Positions 1 to 13,113 of a stretch of DNA of 60,574 bases are shown here, piece by piece. The translations under genes and the position numbers were made by a program. Each line of letters starts with the position of its first letter. The first letter of the stretch is position 1. The notes under the pieces are model-generated. The model saw only the letters and a list, made by a program, of their open reading frames with translations, was not told the DNA's origin and ran no database searches. The stretch is from Octopus bimaculoides (lineage: Eukaryota), in contig NC_068983.1 in the NCBI RefSeq assembly GCF_001194135.2, forward strand, positions 67,158,130 through 67,218,703. The letters run 5' to 3'.

Positions 1-40
1 TATATATATATATATATATATATACATATATATCTTATAT

Positions 41-240
41 AGGGAGAATTCACAAAAAAACAAAAGACTAAAACAGGTGGTGTAGAAAACAAACAGACGT
101 ATTAGTATAATGCTCAGGGGACTGAAAAAGTCTTTTAACGTTTCGAGCCTACGCTCTTCCACAGAAAGGAACACAGAAAGAAACAAGGAGAGAAACAAGC
201 AGAGAAAAAAAAATGTGTGTAGTGGTTAACGATCTATCAT
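41..240 (-). mobile_element. Penelope-like element terminal (pLTR-type) fragment
   Basis: Minus strand carries GAAGAGC-GTAG-GCTCGAAACGTT, the 'GA...CGAAAC' terminal motif typical of Penelope-type repeats; adjoins a (TA)n tract. No coding sequence seen. Confidence 0.5.
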
Positions 241-1570
241 ATATTATATATGTATATGTATGGCTTTAAGAAGTGAAGGTGACCAATAATAAACAATTAT
301 TAACTTCCTTATCTTCTTTTTTTCTTTTAAATGGGTATAAACTATATGCTTAATATATACTTATTGTTTTAAGGGAATTTCATTCCCAAAAAATACTAGG
401 TATTGAATCAGTATTTCTTTGGATGCAACTATCTCTTCATGAGGTTAACATATCCTCTAATTAAATTTATTTATATATATATAATTTGTATTGTTTTACG
501 ATTGAGTTGGAACTGCAATGAGGCTCCTCCTTCTATGCAGTATTTTCCAAATAACTGTTGTTGCTGATATACCAACATCAAACTATGACTCTGCATGGCC
601 TTCCTCAACCAATTGCAGCCCACCTTACAGTAATAGAGCAATCAACTTCTCTCATTCAAATTTAAGATGGCTGAAGATTATCATCATGCTTGAAACTCAG
701 AGTACCACAAATTCGAATCAAACTGTTTTGACCCATATATATGCATGTTTGTGTTTGTATGTATACATATGTGCATTTTAAAAATATTTACACTTGCATA
801 TACTTACATACATGCAATTTCTTTTCTTTATTTAGTCAGAACACCATGAAATATTTGGTTAAGGCCCTTTTACATGTGAATTAAAACTTCTCAAAAGCTG
901 CCTGAGTATCATCTTCTCATGGTTGATAAAATCATGTCAAATACTAGTCAAGTACTAGTGTTGATTGAAAATATGAATTTGATCCTATGTTAGGAAACTT
1001 ACTTTAGCTACTTTACAAATATAAAATTTTGTGTGCTACCATCTATGCTTACAACTGACTTCCTTCTCTGCATTGTCAGGACTCTTTGTTGTCACTTTCA
1101 TTCTCATGGATTTTTAAAAATATTTATGCTGTCCAACCATTTGATCATCCTTGAAAGAATGAGTATTAACATCAACATTCATTGCAATCCTTTGATTCAT
1201 TTTTTGTGAATACTAATTCCAGTTATTTAATTCTGAAAGACAATGTAATCTTAGATATTACATCAGATTGGTTATTTATTTCTAAAGGAATGTCTCATCC
1301 AGTCAAATTTCTTAGAACATTTAGTTGAGCTTGAGTATTTTTAGCTTTGTTTTATAACCATATGCTTATATTTTTCAAGTATCTAAGTTACATGTGTGTG
1401 TATAGTCACAACATTGCTGTCTGCTACAGAGTTTCCTTCCCAACACATGGTTTCAAGTTCAGTCTCACTGCATACCACCTTGGATAAATGTGTTCTACTA
1501 TAGTCCCAGGCCAACCAAAGCCTTGTGAGTGGATTTGGGAGACGGAAACTGAAAGAAACTCATTGTATAC

Positions 1571-2043
1571 TCTTACTCTTTACTCTTTTATTCTTTTACT
1601 TGTTTCAGTCATTTGACTGCGACCATGCTGGAGCACCACCTTCAGTCGAGCAAATCGTCCCCAGGACTTATTCTTTGGATGCCAAGTACTTATTCTATCG
1701 GTCTCTTTTGCCGAACCACTAAGTTACGGAAACCTAAACACACCACCATCGGTTGTCAAGCGATGTCGGGGGGACAAGCACAGACACACAAACATACGCA
1801 CACATATACATATACATATATACATATATACGACAGGCTTCTTTCAGTTTCCATCTACCAAATCCACTCCCAAGGCTTTGGTCGGCCCTAGGCTTTGGTC
1901 GGCCCAAGGCTTTGGTCGGCCCAAGGCTTTGGTCGGCCCAAGGCTATAGTAGAAGACACTTACCCAAGGTGCCACGCAGTGGGAATGAACCCGGAACCAT
2001 GTGGTTGGAAAGCAAGCTACTTACCACACAGCCACTCCTGCGC
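1571..2043 (-). mobile_element. tRNA-derived SINE family A, young near full-length copy
   Basis: Pol III A box TGGCTGTGTGG and B box GGTTCATTCCC on the minus strand, central (TA/CA) tract, tail ...CAGTCAAATGACTGAAACAAGTAAAAGA. Highly similar to the copies at 5862 and 13114. Confidence 0.9.
1872..1945. repeat. 17-bp tandem repeat (aaggctttggtcggccc) x about 4.3 inside the SINE
   Basis: Units start at 1872, 1889, 1906 and 1923; other family A copies have a single unit. Confidence 0.95.
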
Positions 2044-5000
2044 TATGTATGTAAATATATATGTGCATGTGTCTTTGTGTTTGTATTTGTTCTATACCAC
2101 TGCTTGACAAACTAACTGGTGTTAGTTTGTTTATGTCCCATGACTTAGCAGTTTGGCATAGCAGACCAATAGAATAAGTGCCAGAATTTTTTTAAAATAA
2201 GTACTGGAGTTGATTTGATTGACTAAAAATACCTTTCTAGGTGGTACCTCTACATGGTTGCAATCCAGTGATTGAAGCAAATAAACAATAAAATATATGA
2301 ATGAATTACTTATTGCATGTGATAAAATTCAGTGATTTCTGGCATTTCTGTTGCTCTGTATATGAAATAGATTTAGTATAATATGTATTCAATCAATTGT
2401 CCCGAGTCACCATTCCGTTTCTAGCTAAACACCATTCTATACAGAATGCACTAATACATTTATGTAAAATACTTTGCATAATTCAATCATCCAGTGTAAC
2501 AGTAGTTTGGAACATGACTTTCTGCTTCAAATTATTTTATCAAAATGAAGATTTCCACTGTGCTTATATCTTCATATATGTGCATATAACTGTTCATATA
2601 TTTATATCAAGAAGGAATAAATGTATATTTCATTAAAGTCCCATCAAAATTATGTTGTATGTGTTTAAAATAAAATTAACTTTAATGTGATGTATAATTA
2701 AGTGTGGTTATTTTAGTTATGAAATAATACGTTCTTTGTTTCTGTTATTGTATTCAACTTCTGTTTTACCTCACTGAAATTAGTTGAATGAATCTTTAAA
2801 GTACAACTTTAGTTACAGACTCTGTAAATGGATGAGAGCAATGGGAGTAATTTATATTTATGAGGAGGATGACAATGTTCTTCTAAAAAGTGGAATATTA
2901 GCAGTTTAACTACATTGCCATACATTTTCTTCCCCTGCCTTTTTGTGCAAGAGGTACAATATATATATTGCATAGTTGCACACACTATTATGGTAGGAAG
3001 AGTACTGCTTCATAAGTTTTTGTAGTTTGTCATAGATATTGCTTGACTTTGTTGTTGTGTCCACCCCAACCAAATATGATTATATATAGAAGTGTGTGTG
3101 GAATATATGCAAAGTCTAGCACTATTATTTAGCTGTAAAATGTTTAAAAGTTACTTATTACAATCTCTCTAAATGTTTAAATATTTGGCATAAAGTGTTT
3201 TCTCTCTCATGAATAAATTTCCTCTAGAAAAAATAGCAAAAATGTGAATGATAAACAGCTAATAGAAAGATTTTTTACTATTTGTGACTTTAAAAAAATA
3301 TTGCAAAAGCATTTCTGTCATTATTATGGCAATATACAAAAATATTCCAAATTATAAACATAAATTGTTTTTTATTAAATTTTTAATACTATTTCATAAA
3401 AATTCTGGTTAATTTTATGGTCCATAGTTAAGGAAATTGTTAAATATTAATATATGGAAAACATAAATGTAAAAGGAGCCATTTTCTTTACTAGAATTAT
3501 CTGTTCTCATTTCAGTTTCAATCTTCAAAGCAATGATTTGATAGAAACATTGGATAGATTTGTTTCTTTAACATTGTTATGTTCATTGAAGATTATTCTT
3601 CTTGAATGATTTTATGCAAATGGTATTTGAGATATTGAATAAGTGGAGATACTTAATTGGAAAAGTCTACAAAATATTCAATATTTCCTCTCAGACTACT
3701 AAATATATATATATATATTATAAATGTTAAAGTTAATAAATAAAAGGAAAATGTGTAAAATTTAAAGATTTTCACACCACCCTCAGCTGGTAAACATCTA
3801 CTCTAAGACAAACATAGAAAGAAACTTTTTAAAAATATCGAGCTGCAGTATCCTCTTGTCAGTTACTATAGCATCACATTTTGTTGATATTAAGGAAGTA
3901 TATATTTCACAAACACTAAGCACATGCATTTACAATGAGTATGTGTGGCTATAAAAAGTGCTTTTTTTTAATAATTAGTGTATCTGCAGTGGATATTGTA
4001 TCTGCATAGTGTAAATATATAAAGAAAAGAAATTTCATTTGGGGCAGTTTCATTTGTGTTAAATATACTTCGTGAAAGGTTTAATTTTTGAAATATTCAG
4101 AACTATAAAATTTAGATTGAATTATCTGACGTTCAAGTACTTGTGGTTTAAATTAGATGCTATTTTAGGGTGTATAGAAGATTGTGACATACAGTGAAAC
4201 TAATGAAAACGTGTAAATTAATGCACGAGTTTTTTGAAATTTGTAATTAGATATATAGTTTCACATTAGAATTCAGTTTAACATCATTTATTTTACACTT
4301 TCAAAACACCTTTAAAATCAAACTGAAAAATTCATCAGGGTGTATATCAGTTCTGTTTGGTCTTCTAATGTCTTCACAACAAACAACCAAGTATAAAATT
4401 AGTGCACTATGCACAATCGTGCATTGTACAGAGACCACATGCAAAAACCATCTTCAGAATGAAACAGAAGTCTCAAACTGAAAGAACACTTGGACATGCA
4501 GGAGCATGGTATATTACTTCAATGAGCTTCAGTCCTCACAGTACTTGCCACTTCATGAAAAATGATCTCCAAACACCCACACATTTATACAACACACCAG
4601 AACACTACTTTTGTAGCATCCTTAAAACAATCTATGCAAAACCAAAATGAGTATAAAGAACACATACACAAAGAAATAGCAGCAACACCATTAGTCTCAA
4701 ACCAGGTGCTAGGATGCACACCACCAGTAAAAAATGCATAGGATTAGCAACTGTTTTGCTTTGACCAAACTCACCTTTCCACTGCCAGAATCTATAGTTA
4801 TACTGAAATCGGCTGGAGAGTAGAGAGTGTACAACAAGTCTAGACTGTTACACTGCACCACATGCAATTCTTTATCTTTGATTCCTTACACTTGCATAGT
4901 CCTGAACAGGAGAGACAGTTTTAAGGATGCTGCTGTAATAGTGTTTTGGGGTGTTGTATATGTGTGTGGATGTTTGGAGATGAGATTTAATACGGTGGCA

Positions 5001-5372
5001 TGTACTGTAAATGTTGAAGTTCACTGCACTAATACACTGTGGTTTTGCATGTTCAAGTGTTCTTTCATTATTAGATTTTTGTTTTGTTGTGTAGATGAAT
5101 TACGAATGTGGGTGATATACCTTCCAAGATTATGCAAAGTGCAATATTGGAGTCTTCAATATCGTCCTTAACTAAATGTAAACATGGCATAACTGTGAAA
5201 ATTTATATGTGGTTCAGGCCTAACCATTCAGCTGACTACCAGCATGCCAAAGAACTATTTGATCAGAATTGATCTGGAGTTACACAGCAACAGTACTTCA
5301 GCTGAAAAGTTTGATATATGTACAAACTGAGCACTTTAATTAAGCTTTACTTTAGTAAGAAACAAATGAAGC

Positions 5373-5373
<1 letters not shown>

Positions 5374-5416
<43 letters not shown>
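5374..5416. repeat. (CA)n microsatellite
   Basis: Directly visible. Other tracts: (TA)n 1-35, (CT)n about 10661-10699, (TA)n about 12242-12272, (TA)n about 18862-18931, (CA)n about 34640-34679, (TA/TG)n about 60319-60397. Confidence 0.95.
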
Positions 5417-5420
<4 letters not shown>

Positions 5421-5670
5421 TGAAAAATATATATATACAGACATGCTCACATACATACATACACACACAATTTTCTAGATGTAGTATATCTGTCTTCTGT
5501 AGTATATATAATATTTTAAGTTATATAACATAGTGGCTCAGAGAGAATAAGATTAAGCTATTTTAATTGAACTACAGTCAGTGTTTCAGTATACATCTTC
5601 CTAATGTTTACTGGCTAACTAAACTTCTAATCAACTAATAAATCTGCTCTGTGTGTTTCTTTCCCTGCAG

Positions 5671-5690
5671 GCAGTACATGAGTTGGACAT
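5671..5690 (+). CDS. Candidate 20-nt microexon of the same gene
   Basis: Branch-like ctaat motifs, a pyrimidine tract gtgtgtttctttccctgcag and donor AT|gtaagg. One frame reads QYMSWT. No homology confirmed. Confidence 0.35.
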
Positions 5691-5861
5691 GTAAGGCTGA
5701 CTCTTGACCTCTTCACAGATTTCTCACATTTGCTTTTCCTTGCTGGATCTCAGTGCTGTGACTACTTCACATCTCAGCCACCTCAATTTTACAACTTACA
5801 CTCTGCTTACCATGTTCTCTTCACTTATGATCTGACCACATGCCACAAAGTCTCAGCAGAT

Positions 5862-6271
5862 GACTCTTTTAGTCTTTTACTTGTTTCAGTCATTTGACTG
5901 TGGCCATGCTGGAGCACTGTCTTTTAGTCGAGCAAATCGACCCCAGAACTTATTATTTGGAAGCCTAGTACTTACTCTATCAGTCTCTTTTGCTGAACCG
6001 CTAAGTTATGGGGATGTAAACACACCGTCATCAGTTGTCAAATGATGTTGGGGTGGGGGGGACAAACATATACACACACATACATACATACATATATACA
6101 TATATACAACGGGCTTCTTTCAGTTTCCGTCTACCAAATCACTCACAAGGTTTTGGTTGGCCCGAGGCTATAGTAGAAGACAGTTGCCCAAGGTGCTACA
6201 CAGTGGGAATTAACCTGGAACCATGTGGTTGGTAAGCAAACTACTTACCACACAGCCACTCCTGCACCTAT
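5862..6271 (-). mobile_element. SINE family A copy
   Basis: Colinear with 1571-2043 from the tail (cttttacttgtttcagtcatttgactg) to the head (cacagccactcctgcacct). Confidence 0.9.
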
Positions 6272-9200
6272 GAGGAGGTATTTCACAAAGATGGGGGCTG
6301 ACTGAAACTCTGCTCAATGAGTCACCTAGCAAGACCTGAGAATATACCAACAAATGGAGAATGCAATAATACACTGCAATGATGTGAAAACCCCACTCCT
6401 AACTTGACCTGTGTTTCTTCAGAGTTCTAAAGCCATGATTAATTCATGTTTGTAACTGTTTTTCGTTGGATTGGACTAACATAAATATGACCAACTTTCT
6501 CTTTAAGTTCTATTCAGCTGATTCAAGCCTTTAATTCATGACTTAAGTGTTTATGAAAATTGCTTCACTCATAGGCACCTGAAAGACAGTTCATATATTG
6601 CAACATATTTGATTTAATATTTCTCATGTTTATGGTCATTACTTGATGTCTGTTGAAATGAATTACAAATTGGTTTTTGTTGCTTCAACTGAACCTGTTA
6701 TCAGTATAGTTACAAGCCTACATTGGTGTTTTCTCTTATCTAGTGTTTAATAGTTCTTCATACAACTCCCAAGTTGACTATATTGCTGTTAATTATTCCC
6801 ATAATTCAAACTGATTGCATTACAGTTTATGATATAGTTAATAATTCTATTATCACACTGCTGTGGTTTGAGACAGAAGATGTGTAAAAACCTTTAATTG
6901 ATCACTTAAGAAACCTCTAATTAATTGCTTAAATTGTAAAGCAATATTTGCAGTTTTCAACAAAGCAATAACTAAAACAGCCTGGAATAACTGTAGTAAT
7001 AGCATTATACAGTAAAGAGGAAAAATTGTATTTATAATGTAGTCATGCACACATTCACTCATTTTAGTAGGTAAATAATGTATGCCTAAAGTTATATACA
7101 CAGTTTTTGTTTTTGTTTTCTTTCAAATAGCATGAATAGATATGTGAGTGTTATTCACAGAAATGTTTGTAAACAAACACAGATTCATATAAATATCTGT
7201 ATATCAATATGTGTTAATTTCATGAATATTTTTTGTTAGATATAATGTTCTTAACAATTTTAATATTAAACATTTTATTGATATTCACAAATATATTTCC
7301 ATTACTTTTCAATATAAACTATTTTAATTGTTTTATCTTGTTCTATTTTATCATTATTAATATTGCAACAATTTACTATAAATATGTTTTCTTATATAAC
7401 CCAAACTCTTCCCAGTCATCTAATCCACTTCTAGTAATGTCCACTTGGCATTTGCTTACGAGAGTATTAGTATGTGAATATTTATTCTTTGTTTATGTCT
7501 ATGTTATAAATGTTACATATATGTATATAGTGATCTCATTGGTCTAATGTTCCTACCTATCACTCACTAGAAATAAGTTTGGTAGATACTGAATTCCTTT
7601 CAATATCTCTCACTTTTGTGAGAAGAGAGAAGTTATCATCATTTTCTAACAGGTAATGGTCAGTTTAACCATGGAAATGAATTAACATTTGAACATGTAT
7701 ATCATCATTATCATGCTAATGTAGATTATGTATATCAGGAAAATAATGAGTGATCTGTATCATGCTAAAGGATCAAAATATCAAAAGTTGTTTATGCAAT
7801 AGAATACTTTTTACAAGTTTCAATGTATGGCTTTGTCCATAACAAAAGCCATTCCTATATTTTCTCATAAGTTTTTCTCCATTTTATAATATCTCGAGTT
7901 ACTATAGCAGTTAGTTTACTGCATTCATTACAGCAATCAAAATGATACCTCTGTAATAAGTGGTGGCTTTATAGATATTCCTATAGTGGGTTATCTGTAT
8001 TCCAAAAACTGGATGTCATTAATGTATGCTTGAATATATGCTCACCTTTCAGAAATCATATGTGCAGTAGTTTACCAATGATATTGTGAGAGTATTTGTT
8101 AAACAAACGTTTAAGAAATTGTTTTTTAGAAAAAAGAAAGAAAACTGTTGAGTAATATAGATATGAATATCCATATTTCCCATCTTTTATTAGTTTTAGT
8201 AAATATATGTGGAAGATATCAGTTTTTAGTTGCTGTTCTGCTGTCATACTAATGAAGTCCAGCTGGTATTTTTTAATGGAAAATTTAATTTTATACTCAA
8301 ATATGTACCCTTCACTAGATGAACTTTTACTTGATTGTATGTATAGTAACTTTCATGTACAAAAGATTTAAACTACTTTGGAATTATAAAAAATGTCTTA
8401 AAATTTTTCAAAAATCAAACTGCCTATATTATACTTGTCGTTTTTTTTTCTTCATGTTGCTTCAGTCTCCTCTGATCTTAGTAAAAGAAAAATTGAATGA
8501 TTGCTTTCAAATAATGCATTATCATACAAAAGTAACAATTAAAATATATTCATAGAAATGTAGAAACTTCATAAAATCTGGTTAAATTTTAGCTGCTTAA
8601 GGAAATGTAATCCATAAAAGAAGCATGGATTTCATTAATCTTTGAATAATTTCAACTTTCAAGATAATATAATTAAGAGAAAGATCTAAATTCCCAAACA
8701 TTTTCTTAATGTTTTTCTCAATTTCAATCAATATAAATAAAATCTCTGTGTATTGAATGAATGCACAATAAGTGGAATGGTATGAAAATGAAAGGAGTAC
8801 AATGTTGGCAATAAATATTTCACTTGCTGGGATACTTTGAAAGTTGTAAAATAAAAATAAGAAAACAATGGTTATCTGAATTGCCATCACCTTGATGTGA
8901 GGTTATATTAGTCTCAAGAGAATGACCATGGGATATGATGTGAGGTTATATTAGTCTCAAGAGAGCAGCCACAGGAGGTGATTTAACCACAAAGAGCTAA
9001 ACATCAGCTAAACATTATTTTGATGGAACTACTCATATGGAACTCTCTCTTTTTAACATTTTATGAGCTTACTTTGCTTTCAGCCATCTTTATTCACTGT
9101 AATATAATCAATACTATCAATAGAAAGATAAGCACAGTCAAATGGGATATAACCAGAATAGGAGGAACTATTCATCTTCCTACAATACTTCAACCTGAAA

Positions 9201-10309
9201 CTCAACAAAATCAGATTTCAATCTATCATTGAAAGAGGCTGGCTTTAGAATGTACTGCCACACCCTGTTCATATCATAATTTCATCAAATTATTTAGACT
9301 TCAATTTATAAATTTGTTTAAAATTTATCTTGCATCTAAATGTAATATTGTTTTGGTTATATCTTGCATAGTGTAGAACAGTATTGATATTTTAATCTGT
9401 CACAGTAATAATTTCAATAGTTAGCAATAAGAAAAGCTTCAAGAATTACTGTCTGTGCCATACAAGAACACTGGTGAAAGAAACATTGAATTCAGTTAGT
9501 TTGTAACTATAATAAAGATGTTACTTTCACTACTTCTTTGTAACTTTCAATCAGGAAAGTGTGTGAAAAGAGTAACAAACTCTTTATCACAAGTAGGAGC
9601 TATTCAAAACTACTACAATTATTGTGTGCGCATAGAAATTTCCATGTAACTAATGTTGTAGATCAAGCTTGAGCTTTGTTTTTTTCTTCTTGTACATAAC
9701 TTCAGGAGGAAAATAATGGAACTTGATTTTATTTTAAGCATTTTAAAAGTAAACTAAAAAATTATTCCTTTGCTGATGAAAAAGAGCAAAATAGTTTCCA
9801 GATCATGAAGTAATATCACTGATCACTTAATTAGCATTGTTGATGTAAGTTCTGTCATGTGCATATTCAAGTCTAGAAGTGTAGTCCCACAGTAAAATGT
9901 TTATCCATGCAAAGCAATATCTGCAAGAGGTTGTCTGCCTTCAGAGGCTTACTTCATCTGAATTACCAAGGCTCTCTAATTGACCTGGTTGCTATTGGGT
10001 TGAATCCATGTTATAGCAAGCTGGGAAGTATGCAATGCTTTTATATGAATGTTATATCTTTTCATTTTCTTCCTCTTCTAACTTTTTTGTAATTTTTAAT
10101 TTGATTCTTTCTGAAAGCTTGATTCACATTCAGGCATTTGATGAGAATCTTATATTTGAAGGAGCTCTTGTACTTAGGATATGGGATTCTTGTTGTTGGT
10201 TAGTGTGACAGTATATCTACTGGACTGTGGATGGCCTTTATGTACAGTAGTTGATTATTGTAGAACATCAATCAAATTCTGTAGTGAAGTATTCTTAGAG
10301 GTTTTATTT

Positions 10310-10365
10310 TTGGTACCCCAGCATAGCCTATCTGATGACTGAAACAAGTAAAAGATAAATAAATG
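10310..10365 (+). mobile_element. SINE family A 3' tail fragment
   Basis: ccagcatagcc...gatgactgaaacaagtaaaagataa matches the family A tail. Confidence 0.6.
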
Positions 10366-10429
10366 CAAGTAGTTGTTGGTTACAGAAAATATTGATATGA
10401 ACAATGTTTTACATGCCTTTACCGCTTAG

Positions 10430-10657
10430 ACTTCCTTTCCAGTTTGACATTGTTGTTCAGTTTTTGAGAGTGTTTTGGATGTATAGGGGATAATAAAACT
10501 TCTAGCCTTATCGTCTTGTTGTACCAATATGGTGCCAAATACAACAGGATTGGCATCAACATAGTATCTTTTATTTAGAGTGTAACATAATGCATTGTTT
10601 GTATTAAAATGTTTTCTCTTCTTTACTCCTTCACTTAATCCACTTTCTCTTCCCTCT

Positions 10658-10703
<46 letters not shown>

Positions 10704-10790
10704 GTTTCTCTACTATATCTGTCATAGTTGCTAAATGTTGCATGAAATTACCAAGAAAGTTGAGTAGGCCCCAAACACTTTCCTAATAGT
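10430..10790 (-). mobile_element. Ty3/Gypsy RT-RNase H relic interrupted by (CT)n
   Basis: Minus-strand translation gives 'VWGLLNFLGNFMQHLATMT' and 'YYVDANPVVFGTILVQ...IIPYTSKTLSKTEQQ', matching Gypsy FLGL.NY..KFI..LA and DAS..G.GA.L.Q....AYASR.L..E motifs. Confidence 0.75.
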
Positions 10791-12239
10791 TATTGATGTT
10801 GGACATTTAAAGTGAGTCACAGCAACCAATCTTATTCTCTTGTTAACTCCTTGATTTGAAACAATACTGCTAAAGTATTCTGTCTTGCACCAAAAATACA
10901 TTTCTTGTCATAAGAATTTTATAAACTTTCAAGACAATGTGGAACAATTGTGTTTTTTTTAGTGGGAGCAGGACATCTTGAAACACATACATAAAGATAC
11001 CCAATATTTACATGCTATTATTTATAACATTTTCGTTGTGCTCCGAGATACTGCAAAAAAAAAAAGCATTAGTTCAAACTCTCTCAAAACTTTATAAAAT
11101 TCTTATGACATCAACAGCATACAATTGTTGCTGGTAAGAATAGTTTCTAAAATGGATAGAGAAATTTGAAGGATTGCTTTGTATTATGGTAGAATGTCAG
11201 TCATGTCTACTTTAGGTGTGGGTTTGTATCCCACAAGCAGCCTTTGACTTTTTGTATCCAAAAAAGTTTTATGACCCAACATGTACTTGCTGTTATTTAT
11301 AGCTTTATATGTATGCTTCAAGATATTCCAAACAAAAAAAAGAGAAAAGAATTAGTTCACATCTTGTGATTTCATGTTGCATAATATTGTTAAGCAATAA
11401 TTTAAGTCATGTCATGTTTTTGGTGGGGTTCTTTTGCTTTTTTATTTTATTATGTTAGATTCAGATTAGAAAAAAAAACTGCTAATTATTTCCTGAAAGT
11501 GTTCAAATGGTGAGTAGAGTTCAAGAACAAACATTTGTCCTTGCACACTCTATTAGAAGAAGTAAATTTTCTTATATGATTCAATAACAGATGTAAATTA
11601 TCTTGACAATAGCTCATATTATATACCAGTTTTGAAAAAAAGCATAATAAATTCAAAATTTTTCAGTAAATCATCAATTGTAAGTATTGGATATGTCTTC
11701 TTTAGATACTAAATTTACTGTGTGTAATACAAATACAAATCAATACAGCCATTTTTCTTTGGTGCAACAAACAATGGTGAAATTCATATTGTGGAGCCGT
11801 CAATTTTCTCATTGATATCCAATTTTAACAAACACTTAATTTCTTCTGCTTGTTTCTTCACATGAAATAGTATTTGCTTCAAAAGTTGTTTTATAGGTTT
11901 TTGCTTTTGAATATTTCAGAGAACACTTTGGTAATTGAATCATCCTTTAATATTGAGAATGTATATTTTAATTAAGCAGAATGAAGAAGTTGTTTCACAA
12001 AACCATGGATCAACTTTCAGTCATAAAATTAATAGCATATATTGTCTGAGTATTGCAACTTAAGCCAATTTTTAGTGTGACATGAATGATCATAAATAAA
12101 AATTGAGATGCACTTGAACCATCGATGACTATCTTGGTTTCACATGACTGAATAATTATTTCAGTGTTGTTTTAATTATTTCAATTAAGGTACAAAAGAC
12201 AACTCCAGATATGATCCGTTACTAAACAGTGTGCATTCT

Positions 12240-12274
<35 letters not shown>

Positions 12275-12974
12275 TTCTCTCATAACTACTTCAAGTAGTG
12301 AGAAACCTACACTTTGTTGAGGTGGTGACAATAAGACCCAAACTATTCTAGTAGAATGATGTGTTATTCTTTCAATACAAATACAATAACACATCTTTTT
12401 GCTAAATGCTTCATTTAATTTCTATTTGTCCTTCTCATCTCATTGATAAAATTATAATACTTATAATGATAATGATGTTATATTATTTCAATTATATTTT
12501 GTGATCTTCTGTCAATTAGGACTAATTTGTATTTTTAAAAAAACCCTCAAAAACATTACATCAATCACAGTTTCTAACTAGTTTGTCAATTTTCCATCAG
12601 AGGAATGCTCAGGAAGTAAAATTATATTAAATAATGTCGATTGATTTCAATATTTAAATCTAATCATTTTTGCTTTTCTTCAGAACAGTATAGGAAAACA
12701 TTGACTATTCAAATATTTAAGGTATCTATAGTTAACCAAACAGTATGTAATGTAAAAGGGATCCACTATTATATAACTTCCACACTGTACTGTGTGCAAA
12801 CAAAAGCTAAATAACTTTACACTTGACCTATGTGAAGTACACTAAATGCAGGATGTGGAATCTGTGAGTTGTTCCTTGGTGTTTGATGACTATCATGGTG
12901 CAGCCAGAGTTATTGAATAATAAAATAAAATCAACACAACATTTTCATGTGAAGAAACTAATGATAAACTTGTT

Positions 12975-13113
12975 TCATCATCATCGTTTAACGTCCACTT
13001 TCCATGCTGGCATGGGTTGGACGGTTTGACTGAGGACTGGCGAGCCAGATGGCTGCACCAAGCTCCAATCTGATCTGGCAGAGTTTCTACAGCTGGATGC
13101 CCTTCCTAATGCC
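12975..13113 (-). mobile_element. SINE family B 3' fragment ((GAT)n tail; GGCATTAGGAAGGGCATCCAGC motif)
   Basis: catcatcatcgtttaacgtcc...ctggatgcccttcctaatgcc is near-identical to the starts of the 42396 and 55392 copies. Confidence 0.85.

Larger units (their letters stand above)
1425..2290 (+). mobile_element. Old SINE family A copy, split by a nested insertion (head about 1425-1570, tail about 2044-2290)
   Basis: Head (ccttggataaatgtgttctactatag...ccttgtgagtggatttgggagacggaaactgaaagaa) and tail (gcttgacaa...agaccaatagaataagt...gattgaagcaaataaa) are degenerate reverse complements of the intact family A copies. Confidence 0.75.

Noticed and set aside
520-720. Minus-strand 'WAAIG...SNNSYLE' faintly like a Tc1 DDE segment
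   Set aside because: Several stops and too few matching residues to support a call.
11465-11509. AG...GTGAGT-bounded 45-nt segment, and a similar 10-nt segment at about 14603-14612
   Set aside because: Weak acceptor context or AT-rich composition, no recognisable homology and no consistent phase with the known exons.
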